From an uncultured candidate division Zixibacteria bacterium (lineage in GTDB: Bacteria; Zixibacteria; MSB-5A5; GN15; FEB-12): a stretch of 64,000 nt of DNA. The notes below the pieces were generated by a model, which was not told the origin of the DNA, searched no databases, and saw nothing but the letters and a program-made list of their open reading frames with translations. The stretch spans positions 800,001-864,000 of the forward strand of contig CAVTJJ010000004.1 of NCBI GenBank assembly GCA_963735035.1. Reading direction: 5' to 3'. The translations under genes and the position numbers were made by a program. Shown piece by piece: positions 39,125-50,294 of the stretch (position 1 is its first letter; each line of letters starts with the position of its first letter).

Positions 39125-40632
39125 TGGGCGCCTCCTTTCGGCAGCGTCTTCAAATACTCAATCATGGCCTTCCGCTCCTCAGGGGGTGCCGTGAAGGCGG
39201 GCATCTCTTCGGCGATGTCGCCGGCTCCATCGAGCATTTCATTGTATTCCATCTCTGAGAGTCCGGTCAGGGCGGGCGATTTGTCATTGAAACCGCCGAT
39301 CTGATGACACGCGCCACACCGGACTTCGTACACCTTGCGGCCGAGTTCGACACCTCTTAGTCCGTATATCTCGGCCAGTGAGCGATGATCGGTTTTCGAA
39401 TAGATATGCGCCGCGATAAGCTTCGATTCGGCTTCATTGCTGAGATAGGGCGGCATGTTGCCCCTCATGACTCCGGTGCCGCGAATCATCTTGGCGATAA
39501 AGGCTTCGTCGGTGCCGTCGAATTGTGGCGCGAGCGGTTTGTAGCCGCGCATCGTGTGACAGCTCCGACAGGTACGGTTGAACAGGTCGGCGCCGTCGTT
39601 ACCAGTGCGGAAAGCGATATGAGGCAGGAGGCCGTCGGTCTTCAATTCCTCCTTCGCAGCCACATCGATGCCGTTGCCGTACATGAAATCAACGATGACA
39701 TATGGTTTCCGGATGGCTTCGCGCATCCATTCGAACTGTCCGAACCAGATGAGCCCGAGACACATCATCACGATTCCCACAGCCCGAGTGTACAGGCGGG
39801 GCAAGACCAGACCGAGAAGAATCACGAGAACTATGAGAACCAGCCACGTGGCATAGGCTTGATTGATTCTGTCCATGACGGTCGGCATAGCCTCGGCAGC
39901 CTTTTCTCGAATCGAATTGGGGATGCTCTGGAAATACCATAGGCAGGTCGGCACCATGATGAGCAGTCCGGTCAAGGCCCATTTGGCATTGTAGCGAATC
40001 AGCGGGATGGTCGCGTTGTCCGGCCGCGAACGCGCAGCGACCACGAGAGCATACAGACCGGCCAGCATCACACAGGTGCCGGTGCGATACGCGAGCGATG
40101 GCCAGTAGGTCGGGTTGAAGAAACCGTCCCAGAAGTTCCCCGTCTGAAGCCAGACGCCCGGGGTCAGCATAAAACAGACGATACCGTTGATGACAACCAG
40201 CGAGAGCCAAGCGGCGGCGAAATAAATCCAGCCCACAATCATATGATTGCGCGCCGACATGGTTTTCCAGCCGTAGAAGTAGATCAGCGCAGCCGCGATC
40301 TCGATAATGAAGAAAGTCCACTCGGTCGCCCAGGCCCACACGAAATGGTGGATCAGGACTTCGGTAGCTTCGGGATTGATGAGGCCGATGATAAACCAGA
40401 TGCCCACCCCGGTAAGCGCTCCCGATACGACCGACACGAGAACGAAGAACTTACTCAGGCGCTGCAGGAATTCGAGGCGGAAAGTATCGTTGGCGCGACG
40501 GGCGGAGCGTTCAACCAGCACGAGGTAGAGGCCGCCGCCGATGGCGAAGTGCGCGATGAAGACGTGAATCACCGCGAATGCGCCCATCATCCAGCCGTAC
40601 CCGATATTGATATCCCAGAAAGGGTAATTCAT
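39121..40632 (-). CDS. Cytochrome bd oxidase subunit I-like protein fused to two c-type heme domains
   Basis: HVFIAHFAIGGG, WATEW..F..E, EWMRE.IRKPY; CRSCH and CGACH each followed by an MP motif. Confidence 0.82.
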   Translation of the reverse strand: MNYPFWDINIGYGWMMGAFAVIHVFIAHFAIGGGLYLVLVERSARRANDTFRLEFLQRLSKFFVLVSVVSGALTGVGIWFIIGLINPEATEVLIHHFVWAWATEWTFFIIEIAAALIYFYGWKTMSARNHMIVGWIYFAAAWLSLVVINGIVCFMLTPGVWLQTGNFWDGFFNPTYWPSLAYRTGTCVMLAGLYALVVAARSRPDNATIPLIRYNAKWALTGLLIMVPTCLWYFQSIPNSIREKAAEAMPTVMDRINQAYATWLVLIVLVILLGLVLPRLYTRAVGIVMMCLGLIWFGQFEWMREAIRKPYVIVDFMYGNGIDVAAKEELKTDGLLPHIAFRTGNDGADLFNRTCRSCHTMRGYKPLAPQFDGTDEAFIAKMIRGTGVMRGNMPPYLSNEAESKLIAAHIYSKTDHRSLAEIYGLRGVELGRKVYEVRCGACHQIGGFNDKSPALTGLSEMEYNEMLDGAGDIAEEMPAFTAPPEERKAMIEYLKTLPKGGAQ

Positions 40633-40769
40633 ACGTAATCTCCGGCAAGAGTTTGTCTATACATGCTACGCAGCCGGCCACGCTCATGTCAAGAAGAAGA
40701 GTAGTTGGTCCGATCAATTTGGACCGAATTGGTCCGCATAGTTAAAAGACGCGACCCGGTGAGGTCGGC

Positions 40770-41204
40770 TTAGAGGTCCGGCCGGGGGCGTTTGGTCCAG
40801 TATGTGATGGATCTCTCGCAACTATAACCGTTAGTCTCGAAGAGCTGCATCGACGGATAATTGGGATCCTCGATCAGCCCGCATACGACCACTTCGCCGA
40901 ACTGTTTGAGAAAATCTTCGCAACGACCTATCAGCGCCGATGCCAGGCCGAGGCCCCGATAATCCGGATCGACCGCCAACCGATTGATCCAGCCGCGCCG
41001 GCCGTCGTAATCGGTGATAACCACACCGACCATTCGTTCGGAATCAAAGGCTCCGAATGCGGCGCAATGATCCCGCGATAATTCTACTTCCAGCATCGCA
41101 CGACTATCCCGACCGCGTGGTTTAGTGGGAAGTCCCGCCACACTCCACACCTGAAGCATACTCTCATAATCGTCAATGGTCAGACGATGAAGGCCTACTG
41201 CCAT
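40770..41204 (-). CDS. GNAT family N-acetyltransferase
   Basis: DGRRGWINRLAVDPDYRGLG. Confidence 0.88.
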   Translation of the reverse strand: MAVGLHRLTIDDYESMLQVWSVAGLPTKPRGRDSRAMLEVELSRDHCAAFGAFDSERMVGVVITDYDGRRGWINRLAVDPDYRGLGLASALIGRCEDFLKQFGEVVVCGLIEDPNYPSMQLFETNGYSCERSITYWTKRPRPDL

Positions 41205-41865
41205 ACTTTTCCTCCAGGATATCTCGTAGCTGATCCATCGGAAATTCCGAGGCGCACGGTTGGTCGTTCCAGTGTTCGCAACCGCTGAAACTGAGCAGCA
41301 CGCCGCGGGTCGGCACACCGACTTCACGCGCTGTCCTCATTCCATTGGCCAGCATCATTAAGCATCCGATGCCAATGACACCCAGACGACCCTTCTTCTT
41401 GGCGTAATGTTCAATTTGTTCTTCCAGCTTCCGCTTGGAGAACACACATTCAACTCCATAAGTCTCGGCCAACCCTACGACTTGGGCCGCCTGACAGGAT
41501 TCAGTGCATTGCTCACACCGATCACCCCACTTTTCATCCGATTTCAGGCAGTTTGGGTTGTGTAGGCTGAGACAGTCCGGAAGGATGACCAGCGTTTCTT
41601 CGGCTTGATTGAAAGCTTCGCGATTGAGCCGATCGTAGATTTTGAACGCCACCGCTTCGAGCAGGTACCGCTCTTTTTCGTTTCGACGTAAATCGTGATC
41701 ATCACGATCGGATTGGTCGGCGTTGGCCCGGGCGACAAACGCTTCGATGCCGCCGAATTCATCGGCAAACCGGTCGAAACCGTCGCGGAGAAACTCATCG
41801 ACGAATCCGGTCAATTTCCGGTCGAAATCGGGACCCAGACAATATGTTGGCGCGCGTCTTGTCAT
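41173..41865 (-). CDS. DUF116-like Cys-containing protein
   Basis: LPDCL...C, CEQC..SC, GIGC, GV.L...GC pattern. Confidence 0.72.
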   Translation of the reverse strand: MTRRAPTYCLGPDFDRKLTGFVDEFLRDGFDRFADEFGGIEAFVARANADQSDRDDHDLRRNEKERYLLEAVAFKIYDRLNREAFNQAEETLVILPDCLSLHNPNCLKSDEKWGDRCEQCTESCQAAQVVGLAETYGVECVFSKRKLEEQIEHYAKKKGRLGVIGIGCLMMLANGMRTAREVGVPTRGVLLSFSGCEHWNDQPCASEFPMDQLRDILEEKYGSRPSSSDH

Positions 41866-42020
41866 AACCGAAATATAATGACCGAGACTTGAGCGGGGTA
41901 CTGATTATGACTCGTAGCCAAAGGAAGCTTGACCTTGGGCAACCTTTTGAATAGACAGGCGTATCAGGAGTAAGTAGCTTAGAAGATCATACGGCGCGCG
42001 GCGCCAAGAGGTTGCTATAA

Positions 42021-42230
42021 ATGCTTTCAAGACTCTCGAGAGATATCCCGTTCCAGGTGGCCATAGCCGTTGGCATGATCTGCCTTGTACTTTCCGATCT
42101 TACCGAACAGTTCTTGCCCAGGACCGACGGCATGGATTTTCTGGTTGGTATGTTGCTGGGACTGTCCCTTGTCATGAACATGTGGGGACTTCTGCGCTTT
42201 CGAGTGCAGAGAGTGCGGATCGACCGGTAG
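42021..42230 (+). CDS. Small two-TM membrane protein (tentative)
   Basis: 69 aa, two hydrophobic segments, GAGG upstream. Confidence 0.4.
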   Translation: MLSRLSRDIPFQVAIAVGMICLVLSDLTEQFLPRTDGMDFLVGMLLGLSLVMNMWGLLRFRVQRVRIDR

Positions 42231-42379
42231 GTTATCCCCCTTCTTCACCAGGGGTGGGGCAGTTGGGTCGGGGACAAAGTCCACTTGTCCTTGTTTTCCA
42301 ATCAATTATTTGACGCCCCTATTGAGCACAGCTATAATCCTTCAAGAAGAAACGCCTCAACTCGGAAGGATTCGCCGTC

Positions 42380-43024
42380 ATGCGCCGTTCGGCTATCGCG
42401 CTCGTCTGGTTCGCCCTGCTGGTGTGTCTGGTTTCGTGCGTCAAGCGGAGGGAAACGAGACCGTCACAGGCCCATCTCGAACGCCTGGTGGCCTGGATGG
42501 CCGGTTCGTTTACGTCGCAAGAGCAGTCGATAGTTGACTCGGATTTTCTGGATGTCCGACTGCAGATGGTGCAAATCTGGCCGGATCGGATCGATGGACG
42601 CTGGTTGTATGTCGAGCAGGCGGCGGCTCTGACACTGGATAAACCGTATCGGCAGCGAGTCTACCGCCTATTTCGACGCAACGATACCACCCTGGTCAGC
42701 GCGGTATACGAATTCAAGGATCCGCTGAGACTGGCCGGTGCCTGGCGTATTCCGACGTCCTTTGACGCCATGTCTCCTGATTCACTCACGGCGCTTCCCG
42801 GCTGCGCCCTGATCCTGCATCCACGCGGCGACACCGCTTTTGTCGGAAGTACGGTCGACCGCCAATGCGCCAGCGACCATCCCGGCACCATGTACGCTAC
42901 TACTGAAGTCAGGATTACGGAGCTCGGGTTTTATTCCTGGGATCGGGGTTGGGACAAAGATGGGGTCCAGGTCTGGGGGACCGTCAAAGGGGGGTACATG
43001 TTCAAGAGAATCCGGGAGCCTTAG
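42380..43024 (+). CDS. CpcT/CpeT-family (DUF1001) protein, probable lipoprotein
   Basis: LYVEQA....KPYRQRVY, GC, SWDRG.D..G.QVWG; LVSC lipobox. Confidence 0.82.
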   Translation: MRRSAIALVWFALLVCLVSCVKRRETRPSQAHLERLVAWMAGSFTSQEQSIVDSDFLDVRLQMVQIWPDRIDGRWLYVEQAAALTLDKPYRQRVYRLFRRNDTTLVSAVYEFKDPLRLAGAWRIPTSFDAMSPDSLTALPGCALILHPRGDTAFVGSTVDRQCASDHPGTMYATTEVRITELGFYSWDRGWDKDGVQVWGTVKGGYMFKRIREP

Positions 43025-43130
43025 GATGGTCTAGTCCCAAGAAGGACAGTCGTTTAGGTCATCCGCTACAAAGCCTCGGAACTCTGATGGATGGCTCGCG
43101 TATAAATGTCTAACAATCTGGAGTGATATA

Positions 43131-43640
43131 TTGAAGCGAGTGGTCACAATCTTTGCGTTCATCGTATTTCTGATGAGTTCGACAGTTGGCGGTGTCCTGG
43201 TTGTTTTGTGCCCGCCTTCCGGTTGTGACGCTCAGGCTTCGAGTGAATGTGCGGCACAAGCTTCGACTGAATGCGCCTCGCAGGTTTCTACAGATTGCGG
43301 CACCCCGGCCCCTCAAGAATGCCGCCCCTGTTGCGGTGGAGAGTCCGCCTGTCCGGCGGAAGAACCTCCTTGTGAGACGATGCCGGATCAGACCCGAGTC
43401 ATCCTCATGCCTCTGCTCGCTATCAATTCGTGTAATGTGCAGCGCTGTGCTAACGCCTGTGGCAACGTCAGCCTGGGCGACTATCGGGAAGAACAGACAC
43501 CGCCTAATCCCGACCCCGGCTTGATCGCTGCAGTTGCGCCGAGCAGTTTCATTTGTGAAATATCCCCTCCGACCGATATAGGGACCTCGCGTCCCCCTGG
43601 TGTACATCCCCATCTTCAGACTGTGGTTCTTCGACTCTAA
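43131..43640 (+). CDS. Cys-rich exported protein ending in RPP...VVLRL (DUF2946-like leader candidate)
   Basis: N-terminal hydrophobic segment, 14 Cys, 8-aa C.AQAS.E repeats; TTG start. Confidence 0.6.
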   Translation: MKRVVTIFAFIVFLMSSTVGGVLVVLCPPSGCDAQASSECAAQASTECASQVSTDCGTPAPQECRPCCGGESACPAEEPPCETMPDQTRVILMPLLAINSCNVQRCANACGNVSLGDYREEQTPPNPDPGLIAAVAPSSFICEISPPTDIGTSRPPGVHPHLQTVVLRL

Positions 43641-43728
43641 TTCTCAGCAAGGGCCATGAACTCGCGTGGCCACAAGCGAAGACAGCTATTACAGTCTATT
43701 AACTCTGAATATCAAAAGGAGTGTTCAC

Positions 43729-44079
43729 ATGAGAACACGTTCTGTTCTTCTGACATTGTCACTGGCTTTGGTTCTAGTTGCAGCCGGTGTGTATGGTTTG
43801 ATGGCCGGTGAAAAAGCGACCGTGCCGGCCGGCGGCCCGTGCTCAATGGGTGCGGATGGTCAGTGCACGTCGTGCCCGGGTGGCCATTGTGTCGGCCAGG
43901 CCAACTGCGCTTCGAAGGCCGATTGTGATCCGTCGCAGTGCATGCCCTGCCCGCCAGGGGCTGACTGCAAGCCTTGCCCGCCCGGCGCCCAGTGCAAACC
44001 GAGCGCGGCCTGCTCACCGGCCGACTGTGCCGGAGCCAGGGCCTGCGGCGCGGCTTCGTCCGGCTGCGGCTCGATCTAA
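43729..44079 (+). CDS. Small Cys-rich exported protein (metallothionein-like)
   Basis: SD AAGGAG, signal peptide, 15 Cys in the last ~80 aa, CxPCPPG repeats. Confidence 0.72.
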   Translation: MRTRSVLLTLSLALVLVAAGVYGLMAGEKATVPAGGPCSMGADGQCTSCPGGHCVGQANCASKADCDPSQCMPCPPGADCKPCPPGAQCKPSAACSPADCAGARACGAASSGCGSI

Positions 44080-44126
44080 GGATCGTTGATTCGTTTGTGA
44101 CGTTGCGGCCGTGAGGTCGTAGCGCG

Positions 44127-44157
44127 AGGGCTGCCCCGCAAGGGGCAGCCCTTCTTG
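44127..44157 (+). terminator. Rho-independent terminator
   Basis: AGGGCTGCCCC-GCAA-GGGGCAGCCCT-TCTT. Confidence 0.75.
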
Positions 44158-44205
44158 TTAGGTTAGCCGGATTGACTTTCTGGTTAACCACTCTATATTC
44201 CCCCT

Positions 44206-45027
44206 ATGCTTCTCGCGGTCGACATCGGCAATACCAACACCGTCGTGGGCGTCTACGACCAGGCCGCCCTCAAAGGGTCGTTTCGGGTGGCGTCGCAACA
44301 TCACATGACCGCCGACGAAGCCGGGTTCTTCGTGACCGGGCTGCTTACTCGCATGAATGTCGAACCGAGCACCGTAGACAAAGTGATCATAGGTTCGGTC
44401 GTGCCCCAGTTGACGACTGTTTTCGAGACCACCGCCCGTAAGTATTTCGGCTGTGAACCGATCACGGTTACGGCCCGAACGAAATTACCGGTGCGCGTCG
44501 AAGTTGACCGCCCCGATGAAGTCGGCGCCGACCGGATCGCCAACGCCGCCGCCGGGTTCAACCGGTTCGGCGGGCCGGTGATCGTGGTCGATTTCGGCAC
44601 CGCCACCACTTTCGATGTGGTCAACAAAGAGGGCGCCTATGTTGGCGGTGTGATTATTCCGGGACCGGAGACGGCGATGGCCGATCTGGCGCGCCGGGCC
44701 GCCCGCCTGTTCGAAATCCGCATCGAACCGCCCGACCGGGTGGTGGGGAAGACCACCGCCGGGGCGCTTAAGTCGGGGATGTTTTTCGGGACCGTGGGGC
44801 AGGTGGATTACATCATCGAGCGAATTCTCGACGAGCAGGGGTGGTTGATCGGCAGGCCTCCGCGCCTGCCGGAAGATAAGACGGCAGGGGTGGAAGCCTG
44901 CCGATCAGTAGTGGTGGTCGCCACCGGCGGCCTGGCGAGCGGCCTCGAGAAACACTCCCGCTATATCAAACTGGTAGACCCCAATCTGACGCTGGACGGC
45001 CTGCGCTTGATTGCGGAGATGAACTAA
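44206..45027 (+). CDS. coaX: Type III pantothenate kinase with an in-frame palindrome insertion
   Basis: VDIGNTN, GADR, VDFGTATT, GGVI.PG, ATGG. Confidence 0.95.
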   Translation: MLLAVDIGNTNTVVGVYDQAALKGSFRVASQHHMTADEAGFFVTGLLTRMNVEPSTVDKVIIGSVVPQLTTVFETTARKYFGCEPITVTARTKLPVRVEVDRPDEVGADRIANAAAGFNRFGGPVIVVDFGTATTFDVVNKEGAYVGGVIIPGPETAMADLARRAARLFEIRIEPPDRVVGKTTAGALKSGMFFGTVGQVDYIIERILDEQGWLIGRPPRLPEDKTAGVEACRSVVVVATGGLASGLEKHSRYIKLVDPNLTLDGLRLIAEMN

Positions 45028-45110
45028 GGGTTTCTCAAATCGGAACCCCTCTGTCCCTGGCGCATAGCGTTTTTGCGAGGCCCGAATTGGCAGGATGTGA
45101 GCTGCCTGAA

Positions 45111-47528
45111 TCAAGAGACTTTCGAATCGCTGGAAGCGGGTCTATTTTGAGACCGCCGTCTCCTCTTCTTTTCGAAGTAGTTATTCCAAGTCTGGTGCCA
45201 GGAGGGAATCCCCAAATGGATCCGCTGCGAAGCGTCACATAGTTCCAGTAGCTCATGCCGACCTGCAAACTCACTCGTCTGCGGGCTCTGCTGCCAAACC
45301 TGTGTCAAACTCCATCTGCTTAGAAGTTCACTTGAGGTCAGAATCAGAACTGGGTTAATAGGACGGTCGTCCTTCCAGTATCTATGCCCAGACAAAGCGA
45401 GCGGTGCTATTAGCCTTTTCTCTTTGGAATCAAGCTTGTCCTTCAGTGTACAAAACGCTATCACGGCACCTGGAAAGGCCCTCGCCAAGGACCTCATTCT
45501 TGTGACGTCTGACCTTTCGAACGAGTTGTAACTCTTACATTCGCCAAATAGAACACCATCCAGGGTCTTTCCATAGGTGGATTGCCTCCACAGTGCGCCA
45601 AAATCTGCCTCCAGTATGGCCCCAGAGTTGTGGCGCATGTTAAAGCTAAGGACCGGGGTGGTTTCAAGTCCAATAACCTGATGCTGCAGTACTTTTACGG
45701 CAAAAAGGGTGGTGAAGCCACCCTCCGCATGTTTGGGAACACTGATCGGACCGATTGTCCTATACCACCATTTGCTTTGGTCTATCTGGCCGACTGCCCC
45801 AAACTCATTTAGGCAGAGTGGACATGTAAGCGTTTCGCTCACAGCCTCGAGACTGTACCAAGAATATCTTTGACAACGCGGGCATTTGACCTTCGGTCCG
45901 ATCCTGAACACTCCCTTGGATACCAAATGCCCGTGCAAATCGGCGTACTCAGAAAGACCACTCAAACGTTTCTTGACCTCGCCCACCTTCTTTTCTTTTT
46001 CTTTCTCAGTTCCGCCAGCCATCTCTTCAAATATGGATAGAACTGTCTTGTCTGCCACGGCTTGGATTTCCCCACCGAGTTGTGAATAGAGTTGTTTGGC
46101 CACGGCCCCTGCGACTGACACTTCAGCCTCCCATCCCAAGTCCTTCAACCACGCAGAGAAAACGCTTTGAGCTGTAGGAACATCCCAGTATTGAGAATAG
46201 AAATGATCTTGGAGTGCTACTAACCCGTTTCTGCCAATTCTGCAGTCTGCTCCATAAGAAATCATGCTTGATGCAGCCCGCTTGACGTTGGGTCCGCCCC
46301 CTGTTGGTAACACTTGGGCGCGATATTCTATTGGGTCGTAGAAGCGAAATGTGATTTCGTTGGCACAACGAGGCTTGCCGTACCCCAAACCCGCGTTGAC
46401 AAGATCGGGTTTCATGCAGGAAAAGACAATACGTCGTCCAACTTCATTGAAGTCAATTGCCGTATCATCGTGTTGCAGGTCGCTGCAATCTGCGCCATCA
46501 CTGTATCGACCCGACTCTTCCCACATTCTCGGATACCAGTGCTGAACTGAGAATGCGAAGTGCTTCTTACTGGGGCCTTGCTTCACCTGTACCCGCTTGC
46601 CGATATGCTTGGTCACTTCCTGAAGTTCGTCAAAATCCGTGTTGTGCGAGCAAATGAATGATGAGGAGTGATATATGTCCTTATTGTGTCGCATGGGCCT
46701 GAATGTTGACTCAATTGCGGTAACAGCCAGGTCGCAAAATGACGGTTCTGTAGCAAGCTGCTTGGGAAGAGGTAGTACCTGTCTTCCGGCCGCTCGAAGG
46801 TTCCAGAAGTCGATTATGTCCATAACCGCCATTGGGTCCATATAGAAGATGTCGAAGTCACTGATAGGTGAAGATCTGGGGCGGCTTGTTATTGAATAGC
46901 TTGAAAGCCGTGTTGGATAAAGAACACCCTCTGACATGAGCTTTGATGCCGTGTTTGCATTGACGTCTGTTTGTCTCAGTTGCAGAGCTGTCGAATACCT
47001 CATTACCACAGAATCGTAAATTTGTGAGGGTAACGAACCAAACACACTTGACCAGAATAGGCCCAATCGACCTTCACACCTTGGCAGATCAATGATCGTA
47101 GGGAACCTCTCCACATATTGAAAGTGTTCGTCAAAGATGTGATCCAGAATTTCAAAGATCCCCGCGCCATATTGTGGTACACGCTCTGACGGATTACCCT
47201 CAAAGTATTTCCATATTTCCGAGGGGTCGATAATCTCTAGCCCTCGGGTGTTAAATGCTCTGGGCAGCTTTTTTCCGAAGCGAATAATGATATCGGGATC
47301 AAAGGTATCTAGGTAGCCGCCGACGATTTGCAGCCCGGTTGACCCAGTGACGCTCTTCTTCCTCCACTTCTTTGGAATTCGCCGATATAGCGGTATTATG
47401 GGGTTATATTTACCCCCCCAAAGACTTGAGTTCAACTCTACCGCAGACCTGAGAGCGTGTTTGTCTTCGGGATCGACTAGACATGCAAACCGCAATGGGC
47501 GGGTTCTTAACGACACATTTCCAAACAC
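45111..47528 (-). CDS. 805-aa hypothetical protein with Zn ribbon and PD-(D/E)xK-like C-terminal domain
   Basis: CPRC...CPLC, EADF...FGECKS; AT-richer than the flanks. Confidence 0.72.
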   Translation of the reverse strand: MFGNVSLRTRPLRFACLVDPEDKHALRSAVELNSSLWGGKYNPIIPLYRRIPKKWRKKSVTGSTGLQIVGGYLDTFDPDIIIRFGKKLPRAFNTRGLEIIDPSEIWKYFEGNPSERVPQYGAGIFEILDHIFDEHFQYVERFPTIIDLPRCEGRLGLFWSSVFGSLPSQIYDSVVMRYSTALQLRQTDVNANTASKLMSEGVLYPTRLSSYSITSRPRSSPISDFDIFYMDPMAVMDIIDFWNLRAAGRQVLPLPKQLATEPSFCDLAVTAIESTFRPMRHNKDIYHSSSFICSHNTDFDELQEVTKHIGKRVQVKQGPSKKHFAFSVQHWYPRMWEESGRYSDGADCSDLQHDDTAIDFNEVGRRIVFSCMKPDLVNAGLGYGKPRCANEITFRFYDPIEYRAQVLPTGGGPNVKRAASSMISYGADCRIGRNGLVALQDHFYSQYWDVPTAQSVFSAWLKDLGWEAEVSVAGAVAKQLYSQLGGEIQAVADKTVLSIFEEMAGGTEKEKEKKVGEVKKRLSGLSEYADLHGHLVSKGVFRIGPKVKCPRCQRYSWYSLEAVSETLTCPLCLNEFGAVGQIDQSKWWYRTIGPISVPKHAEGGFTTLFAVKVLQHQVIGLETTPVLSFNMRHNSGAILEADFGALWRQSTYGKTLDGVLFGECKSYNSFERSDVTRMRSLARAFPGAVIAFCTLKDKLDSKEKRLIAPLALSGHRYWKDDRPINPVLILTSSELLSRWSLTQVWQQSPQTSEFAGRHELLELCDASQRIHLGIPSWHQTWNNYFEKKRRRRSQNRPASSDSKVS

Positions 47529-47804
47529 GATTCAGACGCTCTCATTTTTTGTCGCATGAGTCAAGAGTTCCTTGGGGCAACCCTCGTAAATCAACCTGAT
47601 AGCTGGGAAGCTACATACACCTTCCGCGAATAGCAATTCTAACTCGCTCAGTTCTGTCTTTGTCGGGGAGGTATAGAGTTCGTGTCGTAGTGACACCAGG
47701 CACCGCATGTATCACGAAACAGTGTCTCAGAGACATTAATCTGCCATAATGGCAGTATCTGGCAGAATAATCACCAAATCAATGCCATTTTTCGACGGAA
47801 CCTC

Positions 47805-47832
47805 TTGACAAATTCCGAGTTAAACATACATT
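47805..47832 (+). promoter_or_regulatory. sigma70 promoter of groESL
   Basis: TTGACA-N16-TACATT. Confidence 0.6.
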
Positions 47833-47840
47833 GAACGCGC

Positions 47841-47867
47841 TTAGCACTCACTTGCTATGAGTGCTAA
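47841..47867 (+). promoter_or_regulatory. CIRCE operator (HrcA site)
   Basis: Perfect TTAGCACTC-N9-GAGTGCTAA upstream of groES. Confidence 0.97.
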
Positions 47868-47915
47868 CAAGCGAATGTAAGCACTTAACCATAGGTTGTA
47901 TACAGGAGAAGAGCT

Positions 47916-48209
47916 ATGAAAATGAAACCACTTGCTGACCGTGTCGTGGTCAAGCCGCTGGAAGAAATGGAAGTCAAGAAGGGCGGCATCATCATCCCCG
48001 ACACCGCCAAGGAAAAGCCGATGCAGGGCGAAATCATCGAGGTCGGCCCGGGTCGGTTGACCGACGACGGCAAGACTATCGCCATGCAGGTCAAGAAGGG
48101 CGACCGCGTCCTTTACGGCAAATACACCGGCACCGAAGTTTCCATGGGTACCGAAGAGTATTTGATCATGCGCGAGTCCGACATCTTCGCAGTCATTATG
48201 AACAGCTAA
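47916..48209 (+). CDS. groES: Co-chaperonin GroES
   Basis: [26 protein letters not shown]. Confidence 0.98.
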   Translation: MKMKPLADRVVVKPLEEMEVKKGGIIIPDTAKEKPMQGEIIEVGPGRLTDDGKTIAMQVKKGDRVLYGKYTGTEVSMGTEEYLIMRESDIFAVIMNS

Positions 48210-49865
<1,656 letters not shown>

Positions 49866-49874
49866 ACGACGTTG

Positions 49875-50294
49875 GCGGGTTTGAAGCAGACCCGCCCTAC
49901 TATCGGATTTGAATTCTTGTAGGGCAGAACCCCTTGTGGTTCTGCCAAGACTGTGCCCGGCAGATGTCCACATCTGCCGGGTTTCTTTTTGCGTGTGTGG
50001 GCCCTGGCGCGGAATCTCACCCGTTGGGCCTGTTGATCCCCCCGAATGTTGTTGCGTCAGGTCTTGCGTCGCCAAAGGCGGCGTGTGACCTGACGCGTTG
50101 CAGCGACTTAGGGAATCGATATCGTGCGTGGAATGATGCGAATTGAGCCAACACAGCTATTGTAGGTCGGGATGCTTGCCATCCCGACATACGATCCCAC
50201 CCGTTGGGTGGGGTACGGGTTGTTACGTGCGTGGTGGACGTCCTCGTCTACCACGTTCTCGTTAGCGTAAGTTCGACAACCCTTGGGTGCCCCC
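49875..50294. repeat. REP-like palindrome cluster downstream of groEL
   Basis: GGCGGGTTTGAAGCAGACCCGCCCTAC (inverse copy at 24305), GTAGGGCAGAACC..GGTTCTGCC, CGGCAGATG, GCGTCAGGTC, GTAGGTCGGGATG, CCCACCCGTTGGGTGGG. Confidence 0.85.
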
